A DNA stretch of 64,000 nucleotides from Escherichia coli (GCF_011045215.1 NZ_CP049201.1), one strand, 5' to 3'; shown: positions 22,370-32,922, counted from the stretch's first letter. Numbers and translations are program-made. The notes: generated from the letters alone by a model not told the origin.

Positions 22370-22646
22370 GTTTTTTCTTCCGCACAAGGTCAGGATTATT
22401 CTATAAATGCGCCGTTTGCAGGTGAACCGACGCTCAGTCTCAGTATAAGGAAAAGCGCAGCGGACGGGCGAGTAGATTGCGCAACATGCGAGCATGATCC
22501 AGAGATTTCTGAAGCGGCAAAAGGATGTTCCATGTACATGACGCGCGGCTTGCGGTAAATTGTTGGCAAATTTTCCGGCGTAGCCCAAAACGCGCTGTCG
22601 TCAAGTCGTTAAGGGCGTGCCCTTCATCATCCGATCTGGAGTCAAA

Positions 22647-24638
22647 ATGTCCTCACGTAAAGAGCTTGCCAATGCTATTCGTGCGCTGAGCATGGACGCA
22701 GTACAGAAAGCCAAATCCGGTCACCCGGGTGCCCCTATGGGTATGGCTGACATTGCCGAAGTCCTGTGGCGTGATTTCCTGAAACATAACCCGCAGAATC
22801 CGTCCTGGGCTGACCGTGACCGCTTCGTGCTGTCCAACGGCCACGGCTCCATGCTGATCTACAGCCTGCTGCACCTCACCGGTTACGATCTGCCGATGGA
22901 AGAACTGAAAAACTTCCGTCAGCTGCACTCTAAAACTCCGGGCCACCCGGAAGTGGGTTACACCGCTGGTGTGGAAACCACCACCGGTCCGCTGGGGCAG
23001 GGTATTGCCAACGCAGTAGGTATGGCGATTGCAGAAAAAACGCTGGCGGCGCAGTTTAACCGTCCGGGCCACGACATTGTCGACCACTACACCTACGCCT
23101 TCATGGGCGACGGCTGCATGATGGAAGGCATCTCCCACGAAGTTTGCTCTTTGGCGGGTACGCTGAAGCTGGGTAAACTGATTGCGTTCTACGATGACAA
23201 CGGTATCTCTATTGATGGTCACGTTGAAGGCTGGTTCACCGACGACACCGCAATGCGTTTCGAAGCTTACGGCTGGCACGTTATTCGCGACATCGACGGC
23301 CATGACGCGGCATCTATCAAACGCGCAGTTGAAGAAGCGCGCGCAGTGACTGACAAACCGTCCCTGCTGATGTGCAAAACCATCATCGGTTTCGGTTCCC
23401 CGAACAAAGCCGATACCCACGACTCCCACGGTGCGCCGCTGGGCGACGCTGAAATTGCCCTGACCCGCGAACAGCTGGGCTGGAAATACGCGCCGTTCGA
23501 AATCCCGTCTGAAATCTATGCTCAGTGGGATGCGAAAGAAGCAGGCCAGGCGAAAGAATCTGCATGGAATGAGAAGTTTGCGGCTTACGCGAAAGCTTAT
23601 CCGCAGGAAGCAGCTGAATTTACCCGCCGTATGAAAGGCGAAATGCCGTCTGACTTCGACGCCAAAGCGAAAGAGTTTATCGCTAAACTGCAGGCTAATC
23701 CGGCGAAAATCGCCAGCCGTAAAGCGTCGCAGAATGCTATCGAAGCGTTCGGCCCGCTGTTGCCGGAATTCCTCGGCGGCTCCGCTGACCTGGCACCGTC
23801 TAACCTGACCCTGTGGTCTGGTTCTAAAGCAATCAACGAAGATGCTGCGGGTAACTACATCCACTACGGTGTTCGCGAGTTCGGTATGACCGCGATTGCT
23901 AACGGTATCTCCCTGCACGGTGGCTTCCTGCCGTACACCTCCACCTTCCTGATGTTTGTCGAATACGCACGTAACGCCGTACGTATGGCTGCGCTGATGA
24001 AACAGCGTCAGGTGATGGTTTACACCCACGACTCCATCGGTCTGGGCGAAGACGGCCCGACTCACCAGCCGGTTGAGCAGGTCGCTTCTCTGCGCGTGAC
24101 CCCGAACATGTCTACATGGCGTCCGTGTGACCAGGTTGAATCCGCGGTCGCGTGGAAATACGGTGTTGAGCGTCAGGACGGTCCGACCGCGCTTATCCTC
24201 TCCCGTCAGAACCTGGCGCAGCAGGAACGTACTGAAGAGCAACTGGCAAACATCGCGCGCGGTGGTTATGTGCTGAAAGACTGTGCTGGTCAGCCGGAAC
24301 TGATCTTCATCGCCACCGGTTCTGAAGTTGAACTGGCGGTTGCTGCCTACGAAAAACTGACTGCCGAAGGCGTGAAAGCGCGTGTGGTGTCCATGCCGTC
24401 TACCGACGCATTTGACAAGCAGGATGCGGCTTACCGTGAATCCGTACTGCCGAAAGCGGTTACTGCACGCGTTGCTGTAGAAGCGGGTATTGCTGACTAC
24501 TGGTACAAGTATGTTGGCCTGAACGGTGCTATCGTCGGTATGACCACCTTCGGTGAATCTGCTCCGGCAGAGCAACTCTTTGAAGAGTTCGGCTTCACCG
24601 TTGACAACGTTGTTGCGAAAGCAAAAGAACTGCTGTAA
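22647..24638 (+). CDS. tktA: Transketolase 1
   Basis: Start at [41 protein letters not shown] (663 aa). Confidence 0.95.
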   Translation: MSSRKELANAIRALSMDAVQKAKSGHPGAPMGMADIAEVLWRDFLKHNPQNPSWADRDRFVLSNGHGSMLIYSLLHLTGYDLPMEELKNFRQLHSKTPGHPEVGYTAGVETTTGPLGQGIANAVGMAIAEKTLAAQFNRPGHDIVDHYTYAFMGDGCMMEGISHEVCSLAGTLKLGKLIAFYDDNGISIDGHVEGWFTDDTAMRFEAYGWHVIRDIDGHDAASIKRAVEEARAVTDKPSLLMCKTIIGFGSPNKADTHDSHGAPLGDAEIALTREQLGWKYAPFEIPSEIYAQWDAKEAGQAKESAWNEKFAAYAKAYPQEAAEFTRRMKGEMPSDFDAKAKEFIAKLQANPAKIASRKASQNAIEAFGPLLPEFLGGSADLAPSNLTLWSGSKAINEDAAGNYIHYGVREFGMTAIANGISLHGGFLPYTSTFLMFVEYARNAVRMAALMKQRQVMVYTHDSIGLGEDGPTHQPVEQVASLRVTPNMSTWRPCDQVESAVAWKYGVERQDGPTALILSRQNLAQQERTEEQLANIARGGYVLKDCAGQPELIFIATGSEVELAVAAYEKLTAEGVKARVVSMPSTDAFDKQDAAYRESVLPKAVTARVAVEAGIADYWYKYVGLNGAIVGMTTFGESAPAEQLFEEFGFTVDNVVAKAKELL

Positions 24639-24654
24639 TTAGCATTTTGGGTAA

Positions 24655-24681
24655 AAAGGTCGCTTCGGCGACCTTTTTTAT
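24655..24681 (+). terminator. tktA rho-independent terminator
   Basis: aaaggtcgc-ttcg-gcgaccttt followed by ttttatt. Confidence 0.6.
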
Positions 24682-24951
24682 TACCTTGACATGTCCGTTT
24701 TCGGACGAGCAATAGATAAAGCGTGTTGTAGATCACAAATATTTATATGCAATAAATATCAATTATGTAATATGCATCACGATATGCGTGTTGACATTTG
24801 TTGTTATATCTATAACTCAATGTTATATAAGAAATTAATAATTCACTGTTTTCAAAACACCGGTTTCCCTGCTCAATTGCTTTCATTAAACCGCACGAGT
24901 ATTTTATTTTTACCGCCGGACGGTACCCTAAAAATAAAATAAGGATAATTT

Positions 24952-25395
24952 ATGCGGCTTAGTGATTATTTTCCAGAATCATCAATCTCAGTTATACATT
25001 CAGCAAAAGATTGGCAGGAAGCTATCGATTTCTCGATGGTATCATTGCTGGATAAAAACTATATCAGCGAGAATTACATTCAGGCAATTAAAGATTCCAC
25101 CATTAACAATGGCCCTTATTATATTCTCGCACCAGGCGTGGCAATGCCTCATGCGCGACCGGAATGTGGGGCGCTTAAAACCGGGATGTCTTTGACATTA
25201 CTTAAACAAGGCGTTTATTTCCCGGGGGATGACGAACCGATTAAATTACTCATCGGACTTTCTGCTGCCGATGCCGATTCGCACATTGGCGCTATTCAGG
25301 CGTTAAGTGAATTACTGTGCGAAGAAGAAATACTCGAACAACTCTTAATAGCATCATCAGAAAAACAATTAGCGGACATTATCAGCCGCGGATAA
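24952..25395 (+). CDS. cmtB: PTS mannitol-type EIIA component (cryptic)
   Basis: 147 aa; EIIA(Mtl)-family size and conserved His region (GVAMPHARPE); precedes the EIICB gene. Confidence 0.8.
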   Translation: MRLSDYFPESSISVIHSAKDWQEAIDFSMVSLLDKNYISENYIQAIKDSTINNGPYYILAPGVAMPHARPECGALKTGMSLTLLKQGVYFPGDDEPIKLLIGLSAADADSHIGAIQALSELLCEEEILEQLLIASSEKQLADIISRG

Positions 25396-25422
25396 TTACT
25401 CTCTCCTCTACAGGATAATATT

Positions 25423-26811
25423 ATGGAAAACAAGTCTGCTCGTGCAAAGGTCCAGGCTTTTGGGGGCTTTTTGACTGCAATGGTCATCCCCAATATTGGT
25501 GCTTTTATTGCCTGGGGTTTTATTACTGCGTTATTTATTCCCACCGGTTGGCTGCCTAACGAACATTTCGCCAAAATTGTCGGCCCGATGATTACCTATT
25601 TATTGCCCGTGATGATTGGTTCTACCGGTGGTCATCTGGTCGGCGGTAAACGCGGCGCGGTTATGGGCGGAATAGGTACTATTGGTGTGATCGTCGGCGC
25701 AGAGATCCCGATGTTCCTTGGCTCAATGATTATGGGGCCGCTCGGTGGGCTGGTCATAAAATATGTCGATAAGGCACTGGAAAAACGCATACCTGCTGGT
25801 TTTGAGATGGTTATCAATAACTTCTCATTAGGTATCGCGGGGATGCTCCTTTGTCTGCTGGGTTTTGAAGTGATCGGCCCGGCGGTGTTAATTGCCAATA
25901 CTTTCGTCAAAGAGTGTATTGAGGCGCTGGTACATGCGGGTTATCTGCCTCTGCTGTCAGTCATCAATGAACCGGCGAAAGTGCTTTTCCTTAATAATGC
26001 GATCGATCAGGGCGTCTATTATCCGCTGGGAATGCAACAGGCTTCGGTTAACGGTAAATCCATCTTCTTTATGGTGGCCTCTAACCCAGGTCCGGGCCTG
26101 GGGCTGCTGCTGGCGTTTACCTTGTTTGGTAAAGGGATGAGTAAACGTTCTGCGCCCGGGGCGATGATTATTCACTTCCTCGGTGGGATCCACGAACTGT
26201 ATTTCCCATATGTGCTGATGAAGCCGCTGACTATTATTGCCATGATTGCGGGCGGTATGTCTGGCACCTAGATGTTTAACTTACTGGACGGTGGTCTGGT
26301 GGCTGGCCCAAGTCCGGGGTCTATCTTTGCTTACCTGGCGCTGACGCCGAAAGGTTCGTTCCTGGCGACAATTGCCGGTGTTACGGTAGGTACCCTGGTG
26401 TCCTTTGCTATCACTTCGCTGATACTGAAGATGGAAAAAACGGTGGAAACGGAGAGCGAAGATGAGTTTGCTCAGTCAGCCAATGCGGTTAAGGCGATGA
26501 AACAAGAGGGTGCATTCTCGTTAAGCAGGGTTAAGCGTATCGCCTTTGTTTGCGATGCGGGGATGGGCTCCAGTGCGATGGGCGCGACCACCTTCCGTAA
26601 ACGCCTGGAAAAAGCGGGGCTGGCAATTGAAGTAAAACATTACGCCATAGAAAACGTGCCTGCGGATGCGGATATCGTCGTTACTCATGCCAGTCTGGAA
26701 GGGCGCGTGAAACGTGTGACGGATAAACCACTGATATTGATTAATAACTATATTGGCGATCCAAAACTCGACACTTTATTTAATCAATTAACCGCCGAAC
26801 ATAAACACTGA
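25423..26811 (+). pseudogene. cmtA: PTS mannitol-type EIICB component, interrupted by in-frame amber codon
   Basis: ORFs 25423..26271 (282 aa) and 26272..26811 (179 aa) are contiguous in one frame, separated only by TAG at 26269..26271; combined length equals a 462-codon EIICB gene. Confidence 0.7.
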
Positions 26812-26825
26812 TTACAGAGGTAAAA

Positions 26826-28103
26826 ATGAAAACCAAAGTTGCTGCTATTTATGGCAAGCGGGATGTCCGTCTGCGCGAATTTGAACTGCCAGAAATTACC
26901 GATAATGAATTACTGGTGAGTGTGATTTCTGACAGCGTCTGTTTATCCACCTGGAAAGCGGCGTTACTCGGTAGTGAACATAAACGCGTACCCGACGATT
27001 TAGAAAATCATCCGGTCATTACCGGGCATGAATGTGCTGGGGTTATTGTCGAAGTGGGTAAAAATCTCACTGGCAAATATAAAAAAGGCCAGCGTTTTGT
27101 ATTGCAACCGGCGATGGGGTTACCAAGCGGATATTCAGCGGGCTACAGCTACGAATATTTTGGCGGCAATGCCACTTATATGATTATTCCCGAAATCGCC
27201 ATTAATTTGGGCTGCGTATTACCGTATCACGGCTCTTATTTTGCTGCGGCGTCGCTGGCAGAGCCTATGTGCTGCATTATTGGTGCTTATCATGCCAATT
27301 ATCACACCACGCAATATGTTTATGAGCATCGCATGGGCGTCAAACCTGGCGGCAATATTGCACTGCTGGCGTGTGCAGGTCCGATGGGCATTGGCGCTAT
27401 CGATTACGCCATTAACGGCGGCATACAACCGTCGCGGGTGGTGGTGGTCGATATCGACGACAAACGTCTGGCGCAGGTACAGAAGCTGCTGCCGGTGGAA
27501 CTGGCGGCCAGTAAAGGCATTGAGCTGGTGTATGTGAATACCAAAGGGATGAGCGATCCTGTCCAGATGCTGCGGGCGCTGACAGGAGATGCCGGGTTCG
27601 ATGACATTTTTGTTTATGCGGCGGTGCCTGCTGTCGTTGAGATGGCTGATGAATTACTGGCGGAAGATGGCTGTCTGAACTTCTTTGCCGGGCCGACGGA
27701 TAAAAACTTCAAAGTGCCGTTTAATTTCTACAACGTTCATTACAACAGCACGCACGTCGTCGGTACATCCGGCGGTTCAACGGACGACATGAAAGAGGCA
27801 ATTGCCCTTAGCGCCACTGGGCAGTTACAGCCGTCGTTTATGGTGACCCATATCGGTGGCCTGGATGCGGTGCCAGAAACCGTGCTCAATCTGCCGGATA
27901 TCCCTGGCGGTAAAAAACTCATTTATAACGGCGTGACCATGCCGCTCACTGCCATTGCCGATTTTGCCGAAAAAGGCAAAACCGAACCGCTGTTTAAAGA
28001 GTTGGCGCGGCTGGTTGAGGAAACGCACGGCATCTGGAATGAACAGGCCGAGAAATATCTGCTGGCACAATTTGGCGTTGATATCGGGGAGGCCGCGCAA
28101 TGA
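26826..28103 (+). CDS. yggP: Zn-dependent medium-chain dehydrogenase/reductase, YggP-like
   Basis: 425 aa; MDR zinc-site Cys/His (GHECAG) and Rossmann glycine motif (CAGPMGIGA). Confidence 0.8.
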   Translation: MKTKVAAIYGKRDVRLREFELPEITDNELLVSVISDSVCLSTWKAALLGSEHKRVPDDLENHPVITGHECAGVIVEVGKNLTGKYKKGQRFVLQPAMGLPSGYSAGYSYEYFGGNATYMIIPEIAINLGCVLPYHGSYFAAASLAEPMCCIIGAYHANYHTTQYVYEHRMGVKPGGNIALLACAGPMGIGAIDYAINGGIQPSRVVVVDIDDKRLAQVQKLLPVELAASKGIELVYVNTKGMSDPVQMLRALTGDAGFDDIFVYAAVPAVVEMADELLAEDGCLNFFAGPTDKNFKVPFNFYNVHYNSTHVVGTSGGSTDDMKEAIALSATGQLQPSFMVTHIGGLDAVPETVLNLPDIPGGKKLIYNGVTMPLTAIADFAEKGKTEPLFKELARLVEETHGIWNEQAEKYLLAQFGVDIGEAAQ

Positions 28104-29065
28104 TGTCCCTGGCGTGGCCATTATTTCGCGTTACGGAACAGGCAGCATTGGCTGCCTGGCCGCAAACCGGATGTGGCGACAAAAATAAAATTGATGGCCT
28201 GGCGGTCACCGCGATGCGCCAGGCATTAAACGACGTCGCTTTTCGTGGACGAGTGGTTATCGGCGAAGGAGAAATTGACCATGCGCCGATGCTGTGGATT
28301 GGCGAAGAGGTGGGCAAAGGCGATGGGCCAGAAGTCGATATCGCGGTTGATCCCATTGAAGGCACGCGGATGGTGGCGATGGGGCAGAGCAATGCGCTGG
28401 CGGTCATGGCTTTCGCCCCTCGAGATAGCCTGTTACATGCGCCTGATATGTATATGAAAAAGCTGGTTGTTAATCGACTGGCTGCCGGGGCGATTGATCT
28501 GTCTTTGCCTCTGGCGGACAACTTGCGTAACGTGGCGCGGGCGTTAGGTAAACCGCTGGACAAGCTGCGCATGGTTACGCTGGATAAACCGCGTCTGAGT
28601 GCCGCGATTGAGGAAGCAACACAGCTGGGGGTGAAAGTTTTTGCCCTGCCGGATGGCGATGTCGCCGCCAGCGTGCTGACCTGCTGGCAGGATAATCCTT
28701 ACGACGTGATGTACACCATCGGCGGCGCGCCGGAAGGCGTGATTTCTGCCTGTGCAGTCAAAGCGTTAGGCGGAGATATGCAGGCGGAATTAATCGATTT
28801 TTGTCAGGCTAAAGGGGATTACACGGAGAATCGGCAGATTGCAGAGCAGGAACGCAAGCGTTGCAAGGCAATGGGCGTTGACGTTAACCGTGTGTACTCG
28901 CTCGACGAACTGGTGAGGGGGAACGATATCCTCTTTAGCGCTACGGGCGTCACGGGCGGCGAGCTGGTGAACGGTATCCAACAGACGGCGAATGGGGTGC
29001 GGACGCAGACATTACTGATCGGCGGCGCGGACCAAACGTGTAATATAATAGACTCCCTGCATTGA
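28100..29065 (+). CDS. yggF: Class II (GlpX-type) fructose-1,6-bisphosphatase homologue
   Basis: 321 aa; GlpX-like sequence; start overlaps yggP stop. Confidence 0.8.
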   Translation: MMSLAWPLFRVTEQAALAAWPQTGCGDKNKIDGLAVTAMRQALNDVAFRGRVVIGEGEIDHAPMLWIGEEVGKGDGPEVDIAVDPIEGTRMVAMGQSNALAVMAFAPRDSLLHAPDMYMKKLVVNRLAAGAIDLSLPLADNLRNVARALGKPLDKLRMVTLDKPRLSAAIEEATQLGVKVFALPDGDVAASVLTCWQDNPYDVMYTIGGAPEGVISACAVKALGGDMQAELIDFCQAKGDYTENRQIAEQERKRCKAMGVDVNRVYSLDELVRGNDILFSATGVTGGELVNGIQQTANGVRTQTLLIGGADQTCNIIDSLH

Positions 29066-29086
29066 TGGTGATCTATCGGAAGACCA

Positions 29087-29596
29087 ATGGCGACGCTGAC
29101 AGAAGATGATGTGCTTGAGCAACTGGATGCACAGGACAATTTATTTTCATTTATGAAAACTGCGCATTCTATTTTGCTCCAGGGAATACGCCAGTTTCTG
29201 CCGTCGCTGTTTGTCGATAACGATGAAGAGATCGTGGAATATGCAGTGAAGCCGTTACTTGCCCAAAGCGGCCCGCTTGACGATATTGATGTTGCGCTGC
29301 GTTTGATTTATGCGCTGGGGAAAATGGATAAATGGCTGTACGCCGATATCACTCATTTTTCCCAGTTCTGGCATTACCTGAACGAACAGGATGAAGCGCC
29401 CGGATTTGCCGATGACATGACCTGGGATTTTATCAGCAACGTCAATAGCATAACCCGCAATGCGATGCTCTATGACGCGTTAAAAGCGATGAAGTTCGCT
29501 GATTTCGCCGTCTGGTCAGAGGCGCGTTTTAGCGGGATGGTCAAAACGGCGCTGACGCTGGCAGTAACGACCACCTTAAAGGAATTAACGCCGTGA
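29087..29596 (+). CDS. yggD: MtlR-like small protein (YggD/FumE)
   Basis: 169 aa, MATLTEDDVLEQLDAQDNLFSFMKTAHSILLQGIRQF. Confidence 0.7.
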   Translation: MATLTEDDVLEQLDAQDNLFSFMKTAHSILLQGIRQFLPSLFVDNDEEIVEYAVKPLLAQSGPLDDIDVALRLIYALGKMDKWLYADITHFSQFWHYLNEQDEAPGFADDMTWDFISNVNSITRNAMLYDALKAMKFADFAVWSEARFSGMVKTALTLAVTTTLKELTP

Positions 29597-30306
29597 AAAT
29601 TGAATTAACGGTGAATGGGCTGAACGTGCAAGCGCAGTACCATGAGGAAGAGATAAAACGCGTGCATAAACCGTTGCTGCGCATGTTGGCGGCCTTACAG
29701 ACGGTAAATCCGCAGCGGCGAACCGTGGTTTTTCTTTGCGCTCCGCCGGGAACGGGAAAATCGACCCTGACTACCTTCTGGGAATATCTCGCGCAACAAG
29801 ACCCCGAACTGCCCGCTATCCAGACGCTCCCGATGGATGGTTTTCACCATTACAATAGCTGGCTGGATGCGCATCAGCTACGCCCGTACAAAGGCGCGCC
29901 GCAGACATTTGATGTGGCAAAACTGGCAGAAAAATTGCGCCAGGCAGTGCAGGGCGACTGTACGTGGCCGCAGTACGATCGACAAAAACATGATCCGGTA
30001 GAAGATGCGTTGCATGTTACCGCACCAATAATCATCGTCGAAGGAAACTGGCTATTGCTGGATGACGAGAAGTGGCGCCAGCTTGCGCAATTTTGTGATT
30101 TCTCGATCTTTATTAACGCGCCCGCAGCGGCGTTGCGGGAGCGTCTGGTGGGGCGCAAGCTGGCGGGAGGGTTATCGCTGGCAGACGCAGAAGCTTTTTA
30201 TGACCGTACCGACGGGCCGAATGTTCGCCGGGTGCTGGAAGAGAGTCTGCCTGCAAATTTGACCTTAATGATGACCGCTACGGGTGAATATCGTCTGGTG
30301 GATTAA
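29593..30306 (+). CDS. yggC: P-loop nucleoside/pantothenate kinase-like protein YggC
   Basis: 237 aa; Walker A APPGTGKST. Confidence 0.8.
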   Translation: MKIELTVNGLNVQAQYHEEEIKRVHKPLLRMLAALQTVNPQRRTVVFLCAPPGTGKSTLTTFWEYLAQQDPELPAIQTLPMDGFHHYNSWLDAHQLRPYKGAPQTFDVAKLAEKLRQAVQGDCTWPQYDRQKHDPVEDALHVTAPIIIVEGNWLLLDDEKWRQLAQFCDFSIFINAPAAALRERLVGRKLAGGLSLADAEAFYDRTDGPNVRRVLEESLPANLTLMMTATGEYRLVD

Positions 30307-30955
30307 TGTTCCTGATTAGACCATCTTCCAGTCGCACCACACGAGAGAAATGACGCCGGGTAAATGCGGCGTCATGACTGATTGCTACGACGCTCGTGCC
30401 TCGCTGGCGGCACTTCTCCAGCCAGCTTTCAAACACGCTCAACCAATTTTCGTCAAAATCCCGACTCGGCTCGTCCAGCAGCAATAGTGGCGGAGAGAGT
30501 GCTTCCAGGCAGGCGACGGCGACCATCCGTCGCTGCGCACTATGCAGATCCAACGGGTGCGCGCTGGCAGTGTCTGCTAACTGACAACATTGCAGGGCAG
30601 CATGGGTACGTTGAGTGATTTCATCCGCCGGGCATTTTTGCAGTTTCAAACCAAATGCGATCTCGTCAGCGACGGTGCTGTGAAAAAGTTGGTTTTCCGC
30701 TTCCTGAAACAGTACGCCAATCTTTGCCGCGCGCTGGCGGTTTTTCAGGTTTTTCATCGCCTGTTGTTGCCGCATAACCGTACCGGCTGTGGGCGTAAGA
30801 AGACCTGCCATTACTCGTAACAGCGTCGATTTCCCTGCGCCATTGTCACCGGTCAGCGCCAACCATTCACCTTGTTTGAGTTGCAGAGAAATGTCGCAAA
30901 GACAATCCGTTGCCGCGCCAGGCCAGCGATAAGATATCTGATTTAACGTTAACAT
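30278..30955 (-). CDS. ABC-type ATPase (EcfA-like) with degenerate signature motif
   Basis: Walker A GDNGAGKST, Walker B LLLLDEP, but signature region reads LHSAQRRM instead of LSGGQ; start chosen at MLTLNQISYRW; 3' end overlaps yggC 3' end by 29 bp. Confidence 0.7.
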   Translation of the reverse strand: MLTLNQISYRWPGAATDCLCDISLQLKQGEWLALTGDNGAGKSTLLRVMAGLLTPTAGTVMRQQQAMKNLKNRQRAAKIGVLFQEAENQLFHSTVADEIAFGLKLQKCPADEITQRTHAALQCCQLADTASAHPLDLHSAQRRMVAVACLEALSPPLLLLDEPSRDFDENWLSVFESWLEKCRQRGTSVVAISHDAAFTRRHFSRVVRLEDGLIRNINPPDDIHP

Positions 30956-31632
30956 AGTGGCTGGAGCGCTCCGTTTTGCAATTGCCACGCTTGCTGGCAG
31001 TAGTTCAGGAAAGGTGTGCGATGACGTTCAAAAAGAATAATCAGCGAACCACGTTCAAACGCCCAGTGTTGTAATCGCTGCAACAGCATTTCGCTGGCCT
31101 GCGGCGTCAGGCGGCTAAAGGCTTCATCAAGAATTAATAGCTTTGGCTGCATCGCGATGGCGCAGGCGATGACCACGCGCTGTGTCTCTCCACCGGAGAG
31201 TGTTGCTGGGTGACGATGGCGCAACGGCTGGCACTCGGTCAGAGTCAGGGCGGCATCAATCCGCGCCATAATCTCTGCTTCAGCAAGACACAGATTTTCT
31301 GGCCCAAAGGCAACTTCTTCTTCCACGCTAAAGGTACAGCCGGAGAGCTGCAAATAGGGCGATTGCTGGACGAGCTGGATGGTGGCGGATTGTTCATTAA
31401 GCGGGAGATGCCCAATGGGCGTACCGAGGAGCGTCCCCGTGCCTGTTATCTCTCCTGGCAGAAAGTCCGGATACCAGCCCGCCATCAGCTGTGCCAGCGT
31501 ACTTTTGCCACTGCCGTTGTCACCAAAGATGGCGACCATCCCCGGTTTGACATAGTGAAAGTTATAACAGAACGGAGGATGCGTTGAGTGTGTCGGGCAA
31601 TAACGGAACTGTTCTAACGTAACCATATCCAC
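30949..31632 (-). CDS. ABC-type ATPase (EcfA-like), canonical motifs
   Basis: Walker A GDNGSGKST, signature LSGGETQRV, Walker B LLILDEA; start uncertain by a few codons. Confidence 0.75.
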   Translation of the reverse strand: MDMVTLEQFRYCPTHSTHPPFCYNFHYVKPGMVAIFGDNGSGKSTLAQLMAGWYPDFLPGEITGTGTLLGTPIGHLPLNEQSATIQLVQQSPYLQLSGCTFSVEEEVAFGPENLCLAEAEIMARIDAALTLTECQPLRHRHPATLSGGETQRVVIACAIAMQPKLLILDEAFSRLTPQASEMLLQRLQHWAFERGSLIILFERHRTPFLNYCQQAWQLQNGALQPLC

Positions 31633-32321
31633 GCTCCGAATTCTGTCAGCATCAGCAAGATCATGGTGTAACGCGCTACGCGTTGTAGGGTGCTATCGGC
31701 TGGTGCCCACAACGTTGTTCGTCGGTTGTGGATCCGAAATGCCCGCATATCCAGCGCCGCACCGCGGACAGCAAGATCGTTTAGCGCATTGTGTGTTAGC
31801 GGAATAATTAACGCGGGCATCGCACGTAAACGCTGATACCAGCCCTCATCCAGCGGCACGCCGCGGGCACGCTGCGCTTCATGAATAATCGCTAATTGCC
31901 GTTTTAACTGCTCAACGACCAATAACGGACCGGCAAACAGATAAGCGACGCCTGGCGGCAGGCGAGAAGCAAACAGAGCGCGGATAAAACATTGCACGGG
32001 GACGTACTGCATCCACAACTGTGAGGTTGAAACAATCGCCAGAATCCGCAACCAGAGCGTAATAGCATGCGTCCAACGCTCCGGCGAACGCGGCGTGCCG
32101 CTTAGCCATTCTGTTAGCCAGCCACCGTGTACCAGCCACAGCCCGGCTCCCAGCGAGAACATCAGCCAGACGACATATTTTGCCCGCCGCCGCGTGGCCT
32201 TTAGCGCAATAAGGCAGAAAAAGGTCGCCGCGCTATAGACTGGCAGTATTGTCTGTGTGGGCAGGATAAGCGTGGTGCAGGCCGCCAATGCCCATAGTGT
32301 TAATGAGGTAAATGGATGCAT
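31614..32321 (-). CDS. ECF transporter T component (EcfT/CbiQ-like)
   Basis: 235-aa multi-TM protein with two Ala-Arg-Gly-type coupling motifs (EAQRARGVP and DLAVRGAAL) in the C-terminal half; directly upstream of two ABC ATPase genes. Confidence 0.65.
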   Translation of the reverse strand: MHPFTSLTLWALAACTTLILPTQTILPVYSAATFFCLIALKATRRRAKYVVWLMFSLGAGLWLVHGGWLTEWLSGTPRSPERWTHAITLWLRILAIVSTSQLWMQYVPVQCFIRALFASRLPPGVAYLFAGPLLVVEQLKRQLAIIHEAQRARGVPLDEGWYQRLRAMPALIIPLTHNALNDLAVRGAALDMRAFRIHNRRTTLWAPADSTLQRVARYTMILLMLTEFGAWIWLR

Positions 32322-32900
32322 TTAGCGCACGGCAGCCATTGCCGGAAAATGGCGCGTGGTGCGAATCGGCAGCTGGCGCAGTAAAAGCCAGACAATCACC
32401 GCTGTAAGAGTTTTATCGACCAGGTTCGCGCCTATCACTGTAATTGCCACCGACTCCACCAGGTTTTGCCCCATCGAGTGCATCCAGGCAACGAACAAAT
32501 CGGCTCCGCTACCGGTGACACCGCCGAACAGCGCAGTACGCAGCGGTACAGCGACGACCGTTACCGCAAGCGTAATAATCACGCCGCTGACAACGACTTT
32601 TGGCAGGGTGCGGAACCAACCCGCTCGCGCCAGCCAACCAGCGACCAGGCCGATGACCATCGCCACGGGCGCAAATGCGGCGGCGATCGGGTCGGTCAGC
32701 AATCCCCAGAGTAAATTGGTCAGTAAGCCGGTCAGCATCCCGATCACCGGACCAAGCAGTACCGCGCTAATAAGTGTGCCGATGGAGTCGAGAAATATAG
32801 GTAATTTGACCATGCTGGCCAGTTGCCCGCCGATCATATTGATGGCGATAGATATAACGATCAACACCAGTGCCTGACTGGAAAAGTGGCTACGCGCCAT
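32322..32900 (-). CDS. Small integral membrane protein, probable ECF substrate-specific (S) component
   Basis: ~192 aa from MARSHFSSQALVLIVISIAIN (ORF-track upstream extension would overlap the PPC gene); 5-6 predicted TM segments; position directly upstream of T component. Confidence 0.5.
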   Translation of the reverse strand: MARSHFSSQALVLIVISIAINMIGGQLASMVKLPIFLDSIGTLISAVLLGPVIGMLTGLLTNLLWGLLTDPIAAAFAPVAMVIGLVAGWLARAGWFRTLPKVVVSGVIITLAVTVVAVPLRTALFGGVTGSGADLFVAWMHSMGQNLVESVAITVIGANLVDKTLTAVIVWLLLRQLPIRTTRHFPAMAAVR

Positions 32901-32922
32901 AAGAAAACCTCTCTGAAAGTAG

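Noticed and set aside
22653-24575. 640-aa ORF on the minus strand, antisense to nearly all of tktA
   Set aside because: Lies entirely within the well-supported transketolase gene; translation is Arg/His/Val-rich low-complexity sequence typical of antisense frames of GC-rich genes; no RBS or independent signals.
24691-24942. 83-aa ORF in the tktA-cmtB spacer
   Set aside because: Located in extremely AT-rich DNA with a low-complexity, Cys/Ile/Tyr-rich translation and no RBS; more consistent with promoter DNA than a gene.
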